Shown piece by piece: positions 10,249 to 20,147 of a stretch of DNA of 64,000 bases. The position numbers and the translations under genes are program-made. The notes below the pieces were generated by a model. That model was not told the DNA's origin. It did not search any database and saw only the letters and a list, made by a program, of their open reading frames with translations. Position 1 is the first letter of the stretch. The number at the start of each line of letters is the position of its first letter. The DNA comes from Alphaproteobacteria bacterium (GTDB lineage: Bacteria; Pseudomonadota; Alphaproteobacteria; GCA-2746255). The stretch is taken from the NCBI GenBank assembly GCA_965249135.1, contig OZ252220.1:928001-992000 (forward strand). Direction: 5' to 3'.

Positions 10249-11486
10249 AGCATCTCGTCCTTTATCTGTGCCGTCGTGGAGCAGCCGCAATTGATGGAGG
10301 GCCTGAAAAACATCGATTTGATGGTCGACGATGTCGCGGCCTTTGCTCAAACGAAAGGCTTCTCCTTCTCCGCTGACGACCTGGAAGCCTTTCTCGAAGA
10401 CAGGATGGAAAAAGAACTGGATGTGGCGGAGCTGGATTTACGCCGGGCGTTTCAAGACCGTTCCGATCGCGGCGAAATTCCAGCGCCCGTTTCCATGAAC
10501 AAAACCGCTTCCATAAAAGAGCATGTGCTTGATTTCAGTTCGGATTCCGACGGAAATCTCTCCCTGGATCGCGCCGAAATCCTCGAAGGCGGCGTCACGG
10601 TCATCCGTCAAGCGCTGGCAATAGATCGCCTGACTTCGGTTCTGCGGAAAATTCTAGAAGAACATTTCAAGCCCCACGATCCGCTCGTCGCGCACGAAAA
10701 ACTGGGGGATTATATACGAAAGTCACATTTTGGCGTTGACATTACTGGGCCGTTCCTTTACAGTAAAGTCACATTACAAGAGGACGGATCATGAGCAAGA
10801 AAGCACCGGGAAAGAGCCACCGCTGAACTGCCAGAGATGTGGCGAAATCGTGACTTAAATGACACCTTTTCTGTTGCAGATGCACCGGCCATCCTCTTTA
10901 CCGGTAAAATGTGACTTTCGTATATAATCCCCAAAAACTGAGCATTGCATCCTATAAGGCGCGCGTCGATGCGGCCTACGAAGCCCTGCTGGAAGAGAAA
11001 AGAATCCCCCCCATCATCACCACCTTCATGGAAGAAATCAGCTTCCCCCCGAACCAGACAGTTTTTGAATGGCCGGGCTTCCGCCTGACATTCCCTCATG
11101 GCAGTGAGTCACAAGGCTACTACCGCACCACCTGCTCCGGTTTGCTACCGCCCCACCGCGACACCTGGTACGGGTCGCCCCAGCAACAGATTAATTTGTG
11201 GGGGCCGATCTATCCTTTGGAAACGAACGAGACCCTTCGCCTGCTGCCCGCTTACTACTATCGGAGCATCAAAAACAGCTCCCGGGGTTACGATGTTTGG
11301 CGCAATGCCGTGGGCCTCAATCTTCCTCCCATGTTGCGCGAGCATGTGGACGTCTCAAATCCCATAGCGCCGCCTCTGGCGATGGGCGATGTTCTGGTTT
11401 TTGCCGCTCACCATCTTCACCACAGCGCCTTGAACCAGCGCGAGACGACACGCATCGTTTTTGAATTCCGTCTTCTTTGTAGATAA
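10249..11486 (+). pseudogene. Nif11-like leader domain fused to a PhyH-like 2OG-Fe(II) dioxygenase; 5' cut by IS3, split by a MITE
   Basis: SFICAVVEQPQLMEGLK...VAAFAQTKGFSFSADDL. Removing the MITE plus one TSD joins HEKL to SIASYK in frame. Contains PHRDTW...HLHHS...TRIVFEFR. Confidence 0.7.
10705..10932 (+). mobile_element. 228-bp MITE derived from an IS1595-family element
   Basis: Perfect 27-bp TIRs GGGGATTATATACGAAAGTCACATTTT; 8-bp TSD AAAAACTG (10697-10704, 10933-10940); residual transposase start MSKKAPGKSHR* at 10791. Confidence 0.92.
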
Positions 11487-11591
11487 AGGGGCGAATTATG
11501 TCCCACCCAATACTGATTATTTCGGTTTTGGGGAAATCTACAAAGGCTGGTTCCAAAGCGATGGAGAGAAAGTATTTCATAAGCCCTGAGC

Positions 11592-11808
11592 AGGTGCTGT
11601 CAGTCGAATGCCACCAGTCTCCGAAACACCAGACAACCTCTCTTTCAGGTCGCCAATTGACGTCATTCGACCGGGGCAGCTGAGCGCTTCTGCTTGAAGA
11701 TATCTCGACAGTTCAGACGGCGCTCATGGTTGAAATTGTTGTGGATCGAGGCATGGGTGGCAGCAAATTTCTGGAGGGTCTTGACGTCCCTGAACCGTGC
11801 CATCGCCC
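11592..11808 (-). pseudogene. IS6-family transposase C-terminal remnant
   Basis: Minus frame reads AMARFRDVKTLQKFAATHASIHNNFNHERRL... Confidence 0.7.
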
Positions 11809-12111
11809 CCCGGCCGGGGAAACCGGACTGCGGAATGGCGCCATAGAGAAAATATTCGCGCTACCGCGGATCTCATGGAGTGACCTCGTTCTCCCGGTCC
11901 GGTTCAAGACGCGAGCCTGCGCGAAGGCCTGCGGAACGCCGCGAAGGGAATTTGCTGACGGAGATGATCAAGTGCTTAAAGAAAGAAGTGGGCGAAGTCG
12001 GCGAACTTCAGCCAAGAGCGCGATGAGGAAGTCATCTATCTTTTGAGCCATGCAGCGGAAATGGCGAAGGAGGAAAACGCTCACGAAGGATAAGGAAGAA
12101 GGATAAGGAAA

Positions 12112-12744
12112 ATGAACATTCTTGTTGTTGGTGCGACCGGAGGGACTGGCCGTAAACTTGTTGAACAGCTCAAGAAGAAAAATCACGAACCAATTGCGAT
12201 GGTTCGCGACGGCGCGGATACATCCGGGTTACCGGCGGATGTAGAACGTCGCTGCGGCGACGTGGAGGCTCTCGAGCGTAGTGTCCTAAAAGGCGTCGAC
12301 GCGATCATCTTCGCCGCCGGCTCGGGATCGAAGACCGGCCCGGAAAAGACCATCGATGTAGATCAGGAAGGTGCCAAGGCGCTTATTGACCTCGCGAAGG
12401 CGGAAGGCATCTCGCATTTCGTCATGCTGAGCGCGAAAGGCGTGGATTCACCTGAGGCAGCCAGCGAGGGCATGCGCCATTACATGCGAGCGAAACGGGA
12501 TGCGGACGATTATCTTATTGCCTCGGGTCTCGACTACACCATCGTCCGGCCTGTCCTGCTGACCCACAACGCCGGGACCGGGCGGGTCACCTTGGCTGAG
12601 ACCGTCGATCCGCACACCGAAGTCTCTCGAGAAGACGTCGCGGCAATATTGGCCCAGAGCCTCGACGTGCAAACCGCTAGAAACCGGATCTTTGAGCTGA
12701 CCTCGGGCGGGACGCCGGTCGAGGATGCTTTGGAAGCTGCCTGA
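12112..12744 (+). CDS. NAD(P)H-binding atypical SDR oxidoreductase
   Basis: ILVVGATGGTG, FAAGSG, YMRAK, YTIVRP, SREDVA. Confidence 0.9.
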   Translation: MNILVVGATGGTGRKLVEQLKKKNHEPIAMVRDGADTSGLPADVERRCGDVEALERSVLKGVDAIIFAAGSGSKTGPEKTIDVDQEGAKALIDLAKAEGISHFVMLSAKGVDSPEAASEGMRHYMRAKRDADDYLIASGLDYTIVRPVLLTHNAGTGRVTLAETVDPHTEVSREDVAAILAQSLDVQTARNRIFELTSGGTPVEDALEAA

Positions 12745-12972
12745 ATACCGAACCAAAATCGCGATGCTATTAGGCTGGAAAACACGAGCAAGAAGAGATG
12801 TGATGGCAGATAGCACTTTAAACCGCGCTTATCCTAAGGCCTGTTATGCAACAGCGGGTTCTCCTTCCCGCAGCACCAAGCTTACCGCGAAGGTCTCCTG
12901 CTTTAGATTTACGAATGATTATTATTTTTATGTAGAACAGGGGTAGTCTCACTGGAAAGGGTTTGGAGCCGA

Positions 12973-13290
12973 ATGTTCAGAACTTGCTGTCTCTTGCGTT
13001 ATCTCCTCCTTGTGGCGGTTGTCACCCTATTCGTTGGCGTCGCGAGGGCTGAGGTCGAAAAACATTGCTGGGTGAGCTATGAGGAGTTCGAACACAACGT
13101 GCCGCATGTCGATATTCGACGCTGCCCGGAGGATCATGTAGAGGAAGGATTCTGTCGGCTCGTCGTCACGGCAGATCAGGTGACGGTTTTCTATTTTTCC
13201 TTGGAAGGTGATATCTGCCTCTACGATCGGCGAAGCTATCCTTTCTCCGAGTTCCTTAAGCGGTTTGGCCCGACATACTCGACCGAATGA
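12973..13290 (+). CDS. Small secreted Cys-containing hypothetical protein
   Basis: Signal peptide (ARA|E), four Cys in the mature part, RBS GGAG; Fur-like box near 12910. Confidence 0.65.
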   Translation: MFRTCCLLRYLLLVAVVTLFVGVARAEVEKHCWVSYEEFEHNVPHVDIRRCPEDHVEEGFCRLVVTADQVTVFYFSLEGDICLYDRRSYPFSEFLKRFGPTYSTE

Positions 13291-14294
13291 TCGTCCACGA
13301 AGATGGCCGCGACATCGATGAGGCCGGCGAGAATCTCCGTTGCGCGATCCCGTGGCACGATGGTAAGCGCGGTCGATAAGGCGTCCGCGGTCGTTGCATC
13401 CGGCGCGATTACCGTGACGCTACGATGATACGACGCACTTCGGCCTGAGGATGGATCGAACAGATGATGGTGATGGCCGCTTGCGTCGAAAGGCATCCCG
13501 TAGCCACCGGAGGTAGCCATAGCGCGATCATGGAGCTCGACCATTCGCAAAGGCCGCCAGGGCCGTTTCGGATCCGCGATGCCGATCCGCCAAGGCCGGC
13601 TATCCGGATGCGTGCCCAAGGCCCGGAACTCACCAAGCTCGACGAGCACTCGATCCATACCTTCGGCCTTTAGAAATGCCGCTATGCGATCCGTGATGTA
13701 GCCTTGAGCAATCCCATTGAACGTCAGCGCCATTCCCGTTTTTTCAAGCCGTACATGGTTTGGGAAAATGGCGATCTGCCTGGCGTCGACCAGGGCACGC
13801 ATGCGCAGGATGTCCTCCACCGCCGGCCCGCCTGGGTCGGCGGCTGGCGTCGCGAAATGGCGGACGTAAAGCTCCCATAGCGGCTGGACACTGACGTCGA
13901 AAGCACCTCCCGTCTGTCGATGCCATTCCTTGGTGGTGATCAACAACCGGAGGAAGTCTTCGGGCGGCGCCGCAAGCTTGCCGGTTCGGTTCAGGCGGCA
14001 AAGCGCGGAATTCGGTCGGTAGAGGCTGAACAAAGATTCGAGCCGTTCGATCTCATCGGCGCAACGGCCAAGGAGAGTTTGGGCTTGCCGGGCGTCGGTA
14101 TGGTAGAGCGTGATCGATCCCTCGGCCCCAAGAGCGGTTCCCTCCCAGCGATGCGAAGGCATGGGTCGGGCGGCCGCTGCGCTGATAGTTGACCAGGGAA
14201 GGCAGGCCATCCCGGCTGCGCCGGCGACAATGCGTAATGCGCGTCGACGGTTGACCCGGGATAGGGGTAGAGGTGTATGCCCAATATCCATCAT
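13236..14294 (-). CDS. apbE: FAD:protein FMN transferase (ApbE)
   Basis: Tat-like NRRRAL, FSLYRPNS, AFDVSV, NGIAQGY, ATSGGYG, HLFDP, ADALST. Confidence 0.93.
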   Translation of the reverse strand: MMDIGHTPLPLSRVNRRRALRIVAGAAGMACLPWSTISAAAARPMPSHRWEGTALGAEGSITLYHTDARQAQTLLGRCADEIERLESLFSLYRPNSALCRLNRTGKLAAPPEDFLRLLITTKEWHRQTGGAFDVSVQPLWELYVRHFATPAADPGGPAVEDILRMRALVDARQIAIFPNHVRLEKTGMALTFNGIAQGYITDRIAAFLKAEGMDRVLVELGEFRALGTHPDSRPWRIGIADPKRPWRPLRMVELHDRAMATSGGYGMPFDASGHHHHLFDPSSGRSASYHRSVTVIAPDATTADALSTALTIVPRDRATEILAGLIDVAAIFVDDHSVEYVGPNRLRNSEKG

Positions 14295-15040
14295 CAAGGC
14301 CTTCTCGCGAAGGTCATGTACAAGCCGGTCCCGACGAGGACGAGGAGCAAGATCGCCACGCCATCCATGAGATACGGCCCCCACGCACCCAATAGCCGAC
14401 CACTATGGAGGTCGAAGAGCACGCGCTCCCAGCTGAGCCCGCGCCCGCGATAAACTTGACGAACGGCCTCAAGCACCTCGTCCGGTGCACGGCTCGCTGT
14501 TGACCAGCTCGCGGATATGTCTGACGCCTCCCAAATGATCAGACCGGCATCCGCGAGAAAGCCGCCCTCCAGCGTTTCAATGCGAACGCGTCCTTTGGAC
14601 GTAACCCCGATCCTCTGCACGCTTGCCGGGATGGCGCTTCGGGGCAGGCGTTCGACCGGCTCCCCATCCGGCGTTAGCAGAAGAATCTCCCGCTTGGCTG
14701 CAATGACGAACATGCCGCCGGTCTTCACGGCACCCAGCAGTTTACCGGTGATCCCGGCGACGTGCTTTCCATCGAGATAGAGTTGCCCCTCGAGCCCGGT
14801 GATCCAGTATCTACCATCGACCTCGTAGCTGACGGCATCTGTCCTCGGGGCAATTCCATACCAATCGAGTAGCCACTCACTGGCCACGTATCGCTCATCA
14901 AGTTTCAGCTTTTCCGTGTGGTTGAGGGCAACGCCACTCACCGCGAGAAACAAGAAAAAGAAGGCCGCGGTTAGGCCGATATAGCGGTGCCATTTGTAAA
15001 TAGGACTTCGCCAAAGTTCGTTTGTGATTTGTTTAATCAT
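14294..15040 (-). CDS. PepSY-associated TM helix protein
   Basis: KWHRYIG...SGVALNH and DLHSGR...GLYM heme-ligand-type His motifs. Confidence 0.85.
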   Translation of the reverse strand: MIKQITNELWRSPIYKWHRYIGLTAAFFFLFLAVSGVALNHTEKLKLDERYVASEWLLDWYGIAPRTDAVSYEVDGRYWITGLEGQLYLDGKHVAGITGKLLGAVKTGGMFVIAAKREILLLTPDGEPVERLPRSAIPASVQRIGVTSKGRVRIETLEGGFLADAGLIIWEASDISASWSTASRAPDEVLEAVRQVYRGRGLSWERVLFDLHSGRLLGAWGPYLMDGVAILLLVLVGTGLYMTFARRP

Positions 15041-15593
15041 CGTTTTGCATGACTTCGCGATGCAAGAGTAGGGCGAGCCGTGCGAGGCGGGTCAGCGCGC
15101 GCACGGATAGGGTTGCTCCCGAAATGCCGTCGATGTGGCGGTCGAGCCGAAGATCGCCCGTCAATGTCGCGCCTTCGAATTGATCCGTGAAAACAGGATA
15201 GCGCACCTCCCAACCGCGGCTTTCCCGGTAGATGAGAACATGGAGCCGCTCGATTCGTCCATCCGCGACGACGATGCCGGTCGTGATGGGCTGTTCTTTG
15301 CCAATCTCCTCGAGGATCCAGGCGGTGCGTTCGCCTTGTCGCCAATAGCGTTGGCGCAAAACCCCCAGGCCATGACCGAGGATTTGTCGGACCGTCTCCT
15401 TGCGGTTCGCCGTGATCCACAGAACGTCGGGTTGTGGCACGCCGCTAGGGAAGACCTCGGTGAGGAAGCCCTCCGGCTCCTGAAAGATTTCAGCAGCGAG
15501 TGGTGTGCGCATAGGGAACAATGCGCATGCCGTTAGGACCGCAAAGAAGGACACACATGGCAGCGACCGTCGGCTGCCGACCATTTGAATCAT
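15033..15593 (-). CDS. FMN-binding domain protein (ApbE flavinylation substrate)
   Basis: IGKEQPIT, YRESRGWEV, flavinylation motif DGISGAT; start uncertain. Confidence 0.85.
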   Translation of the reverse strand: MIQMVGSRRSLPCVSFFAVLTACALFPMRTPLAAEIFQEPEGFLTEVFPSGVPQPDVLWITANRKETVRQILGHGLGVLRQRYWRQGERTAWILEEIGKEQPITTGIVVADGRIERLHVLIYRESRGWEVRYPVFTDQFEGATLTGDLRLDRHIDGISGATLSVRALTRLARLALLLHREVMQNDD

Positions 15594-15597
15594 CACA

Positions 15598-16842
15598 TCA
15601 GAATTGGAAACCAAGGCCTAGGTTTATGCGATTGTCCTCCGTCTCTCCGGCGGGCGAATCCTGGATTCGAAAATCGGCTTTCACGACGACGTCTGAGTGT
15701 GGCCAATAGTTTACACCAAAGTCGATTTGTTGGAACTTGCTATCCGCACTGGTGCCTGCATTGTTGTCCCACTCATTGAAACGCGTGAAGAATCCGATCT
15801 CGCCGATACCGGTCATGAAGCGATACGAAGGCTCGATGTACCATCCCTCTTGAACGTCACGGCCAAGCGTCTCCGGTGCATTGCCGCTCAGATCCCAGCG
15901 TGCGTAAAGCGCTCGTATACCCCAAGGTCCACGACGAATGTCCGCGTGCGCCTCGAAGAGTGTCGCATCAACATCAAGGTCCCCTTGGGTAAGATCGCTC
16001 TGGTACTGGCCGGTGACGCCGAGTTCGATCCCCGGCCAGCCGGTCCATCGAAGCCGGGCCGAATAGGCGCCATCGCCGGCCGGTGCTTCCGATACCTTCT
16101 GGCGGCCATTCCGGATCTTGAAGGCATTGTCACCCGTAGTGGGCGTGTTGAGGCCGGAGTGTGCTATCACGTCGTATTGCACACCTTGCCATAGCTCACC
16201 GCTTAGCCCGGCACCGGCTTCCCACCAGGTCGTCGGGATAATATTGGCCTCGACCGGATTACGCTCGACACCGAAGAACGTCGGCGGTTCATGCGTCGGG
16301 TTCAGGATGCCGACGGGGATCAGTTGAAGACCAAGATTGGCTTGATGGCGTTCCCATAGATCGAACTGGATATAGGCTTGCTCGATCTCGACCTCGCCGT
16401 TCTTGCCTTCCCCGGCGACGGAGTGCTCGAGCTCGAGTTCCGAGAAGAAGCGAATGCGGTCCGTGAGGCGATGTCCGACAAACAGGACAAAGCGGTGGAA
16501 ATCAACTTCATCCTTGTCGCCCCCGTTGTAATGTAGCTCGCCATAGCCACCAAGGTGGGTCCGCTGCCACCAGCCAGGTCCGGCATGGCGTGCCTCGCGC
16601 ACTTCCTCGACCATGGCGCCGGCGGCTTCGACCTTCTTCTCGGTAGTTTCGACCTTCTCGGTTGTCCTATCCAGTCGCTCCATCAACACCTGGATTTGCT
16701 TCTGCTGCTCCTGAATGATCTTCCACATCTCCTCCCGGCTCGGTGGCTCCTGGGCCGCAACTAGGGTGGGCATGGCGGCAAGAATAAACCCTCCGATCAG
16801 GATGCGTGGCCAGACAAACGTTTTTCGACCCATTCGATCCAT
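15598..16842 (-). CDS. Outer-membrane porin with N-terminal coiled coil
   Basis: Signal peptide, GGYGELHYN, FFSELELEH, HEPPTFFGVERN, C-terminal GFQF. Confidence 0.85.
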   Translation of the reverse strand: MDRMGRKTFVWPRILIGGFILAAMPTLVAAQEPPSREEMWKIIQEQQKQIQVLMERLDRTTEKVETTEKKVEAAGAMVEEVREARHAGPGWWQRTHLGGYGELHYNGGDKDEVDFHRFVLFVGHRLTDRIRFFSELELEHSVAGEGKNGEVEIEQAYIQFDLWERHQANLGLQLIPVGILNPTHEPPTFFGVERNPVEANIIPTTWWEAGAGLSGELWQGVQYDVIAHSGLNTPTTGDNAFKIRNGRQKVSEAPAGDGAYSARLRWTGWPGIELGVTGQYQSDLTQGDLDVDATLFEAHADIRRGPWGIRALYARWDLSGNAPETLGRDVQEGWYIEPSYRFMTGIGEIGFFTRFNEWDNNAGTSADSKFQQIDFGVNYWPHSDVVVKADFRIQDSPAGETEDNRINLGLGFQF

Positions 16843-16915
16843 CTAGTGTCTCCAACATTTTTATTCAAGTTCAATGCGTTAGCTTGCGAATGGGAAGAAC
16901 GTGCCCCAATGTTTT

Positions 16916-16983
16916 ATTGCGAATGATTATTAATTGCAGATATGTGGGCCCGGCGCAAGATGAAAATGAGAATTATTCGCAAT
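16916..16983. promoter_or_regulatory. Two Fur/iron-box-like sites upstream of the porin operon
   Basis: ATTGCGAATGATTATTAAT and AATGAGAATTATTCGCAAT, mutually inverted and resembling the Fur consensus. Confidence 0.65.
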
Positions 16984-17421
16984 TTTTTTCAGGGCCTGGA
17001 AATTTCGGAATTCCGGGAGCAAGAAGGATCCTGTTCCTACCGAAAATTAGATCCAGCTAAAGGAATGGTGCAGGCCGCCAAGGTGCAGGGTGATTGCAGC
17101 GATCGAAGAGTTACAAGAGAAAGAGCGGCCGACAGGGGTCACCCATTCGTCAGGATCGGAGGGTTTGATTGGGGCTTTCCCCAAGGCCGGTTATGCGACA
17201 CTTGGTTCGAATCCCCCTAAAGTGTCGCCGGCGGAGCAAAATTAGCCCACCCGGGCGGAGCAAAACTAGTCCACTTGATGTGATGCGGTACGCGGTGTTG
17301 GGGGTTGTCCTGGTAGTCCATAGGAGGGACCCGCGCTGCTTCCGTGTAGCGCTTACGTTAGGCGAAGCGAAGCAGCGTGGGAGGTTCCTGTGGACTACCA
17401 GGCCAACCATTGCACCGGCGG

Positions 17422-18192
17422 TTAAGCAGGCATTTTTAGGGATTTCCGCTGTTTTCGGCTTTGGTTGAGACGATAGCTCTCGCCATTCATTTCCAGGATA
17501 TGGACATGGTGGGTGAGACGATCCAGCGACGCCCCGGTCAGGCGTTCGGAGCCGAATATCTCGGTCCACTCATCGAACGGCAGATTACTGGTCACCAGGG
17601 TGGAGCCACGCTCGTAGCGCTGGCCGAACACCTCGAACAAAAGTTCGGCGCCGGTCTTCGAGAGCGGCACGAAGCCGAGTTCGTCGATGATCAGAAGGCG
17701 ATATTTTGCCAGTTGGTTCTGCAGGCGCAACAGACGCTTCTCGTCCCGTGCCTCCATCAGTTCGTGCACCAGGGCGGCGGCCGTGGTGAACCCCACTGAG
17801 AGCCCCTTCTGGCAGGCCGCCAGACCGAGGCCGAGGGCGATATGGGTTTTGCCGGTACCTGAGTTGCCGAGCGCGATGACGTTCTCACGGCGCGCGACGT
17901 ATTCACATCGCGCCAGTTCCAGGACCAGCATCTTGTTGAGCGATGGGATGACCTTGAAGTCGAAGCTGTCGAGGCTTTTGACGGCGGGGAACCTGGCCTG
18001 TCTGATCCGCCGCTCGACCATGCGGCGCTCACGGTCGATTAGCTCCAGCTCGGCCAGGCGGACAAGATAGCGCACATGGTCGGCGCCCGCGGCGGCGCAT
18101 TGCCGGGCCAGCTTGTCGTATTCGCGCAGGAACGTCGGCAGCTTCAGGGTCTTGAGGTGATGCGCCAGCAACACTTGCGGTGTATCGGTCAT
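17422..18192 (-). CDS. istB: IS21 helper ATPase IstB
   Basis: GNSGTGKTH Walker A, LLIIDELG, TSNLPF, DRLTHH. Confidence 0.95.
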   Translation of the reverse strand: MTDTPQVLLAHHLKTLKLPTFLREYDKLARQCAAAGADHVRYLVRLAELELIDRERRMVERRIRQARFPAVKSLDSFDFKVIPSLNKMLVLELARCEYVARRENVIALGNSGTGKTHIALGLGLAACQKGLSVGFTTAAALVHELMEARDEKRLLRLQNQLAKYRLLIIDELGFVPLSKTGAELLFEVFGQRYERGSTLVTSNLPFDEWTEIFGSERLTGASLDRLTHHVHILEMNGESYRLNQSRKQRKSLKMPA

Positions 18193-19687
18193 GACGCGCC
18201 TCCACCCAACAAGCTCATATAACTGGCGGCGGCCGTGGTCGCCACGTTGGCCCGAGGCAGATAGGGATAGATATCCAGGTCGAGTTTAGGCGGGCGTCGT
18301 CGATACGGCACAGCACAAGGTGTTTGACGGCGTCGTAGCCGATCGCACCCAGGCGCAGGGCGTCCTTGACCGCGCCGTGAAGCACCTCGAGATCGAAGGT
18401 CTCCAGAAGCCGAAGGACCTGGACGTATTCCCGCTTGCCGGCCTTGCCCATGCGCGCCTCCAGGAGACGGCGCAGGGTTGGGAAGGCATCAGGCAGTTCC
18501 CATCCGGCTAGCGGCGCGGCCTGGTCCAGGGCGCCGATCTTGTGCTCCAGCAAAGGCAGGTAGTGGATCGGATCGAAGACCATATCTTCCCGGTCGTAGG
18601 AACGGGGGTGCCGGGCAATGATCCCGGCGCCGCAACCGATAACCACCTCGTGGACATAGCCACGGATCCAGACGTCCTGATGGCCGTAGGCGACGGGCAC
18701 GGAATAGTCATTCGTCTGGTAGCGCACCAGGGACAGCGAGCTGACCCGCGTGCCCTGCTTGTCGCACGCATCGAACGGCGCCGGCAGTGGCGACATCAAC
18801 GCTTCGCGGTCACGCACAAACCGTTCGCCGATGCTCTCGCGGCGGCCGCGCAGGACGTCGCCTTGCCGGTTGCGGCATTGCTCTTCCAGGTGGACATTGA
18901 AGGCGTCCTAGCTCGCAAACCGGGGAAGCGGCGTCATGAAGTTCCGCCGGGCGTAGCCGACCACCCCCTCAACATTGCCTTTGTCGTTGCCCTTGCCGGG
19001 ACGGCCGTAGCGGTCCTCGAAGAGGTAATGGGACTGCAGCCCGCTGAACGCCCGCGTTCGTTGCCGCGTGCCATCTGGCAAGATGCGCGACACCAGACAC
19101 TTGTCGTTGTCGTAGAGAATCGATTGGGGAACGCCACCGAAAAAGACAAAGGCTCTGTTGTGCCCGTCCAGCCAGGCCTCCGTCGCCGCCGCCGGGTAGG
19201 CCGCAGCGAAGCAGGCATCGCTGTGGGGAAGGGTCATAACGAAAAAATACGCCCGATACTTGACGCCGGCGATGATCGCATCCGCCTCGCCAAAGTCCGC
19301 TTGAGCATGGCCCGGAGGATGTGACAACGGCACATACATCTCACGCAGACGACGGCGCCGTTCACGAACATAATCCTTTACGATGGTCTCCTTACCCGTG
19401 AAGCCATGTTCGTCGCGAAGGCGTTCGAAGATACGCTTCGCCGTGTGGTGCTGCTTACGGTGAACCGTTCAGTCCTCCTCCAGAATACGGTCGATGATAT
19501 CCGTGAAGGGGGCCAGCTTCGGGCGTTTCGGTGGCTGACGTCGCCGATATCCCGGCGGTTCCGAATGCCGGAGCATCTTCTTCACCGTCTCGCGCGCAAT
19601 GCCAAACCGACTTGCCGCCTCTCGCTGGCTCAGCCCATCAACATGGCAGGCCAGCCGTACGCGTAGATAAAGATCCACGGTGTGCAT
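18189..19687 (-). pseudogene. istA: IS21 transposase IstA pseudogene
   Basis: Collinear with 20148..21653; in-frame stops at 19469 and 18908, frameshift near 18298. Confidence 0.88.
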
Positions 19688-19801
19688 CCTCCCACCTTCC
19701 ATCCCCAAATGGATCGAAGGCTACAGGTGGCAGAGTTTTATTCCGCCCGCGGCTGGTAAATCCCGCCGCTTCCGTGGACTAATTTGTCACCGCCGTTCTC
19801 A

Positions 19802-20030
19802 CGAATCATCGCTTCGGTGATTTGTTCGGCCTGCCGCCACGCACCGCAGAGGAGGCCCTTACGCAGCATCACATGGATATGGCCGCCTCGGTACAAGCCG
19901 TTATCGAGGAAGCAACGTTGCGTCTTACCCGTTCGATCCATCAAGAGACCGGAGCCAAAAACCTTTGTCTTGCCGGTGGTGTGGCGCTGAATTGTGTGGC
20001 GAACGGAAAAATCCTGCGCGATGGCAAGTT
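19802..20030 (+). pseudogene. Internal fragment of a NodU/CmcH-type carbamoyltransferase
   Basis: DMAASVQAVIEE...NLCLAGGVALNCVANGKI; trimmed at both ends by IS21 elements. Confidence 0.85.
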
Positions 20031-20147
20031 TGAGAACGGCGGAGCAATAATCCCCCATCTGAGCGTCGGTTAGCTGCGGCTGCGGCGGCGCAAAAATGTA
20101 CCGGGTATGGCCTTCTGTCAGTTTGAGACTGGCTGAGGGTCGGGGGG

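Larger units (their letters stand above)
17223..19801 (-). mobile_element. IS21-family element 1 (istA inactivated)
   Basis: TGTCGCCGGCGG...CCGCCGTTCTCA ends with internal repeated GGCGGAGCAAAA; istA-istB arrangement. Confidence 0.88.

Noticed and set aside
17203-17219. tRNA T-arm-like GGTTCGAATCCCC
   Set aside because: Too short, with no cloverleaf and no partner repeat in the window.
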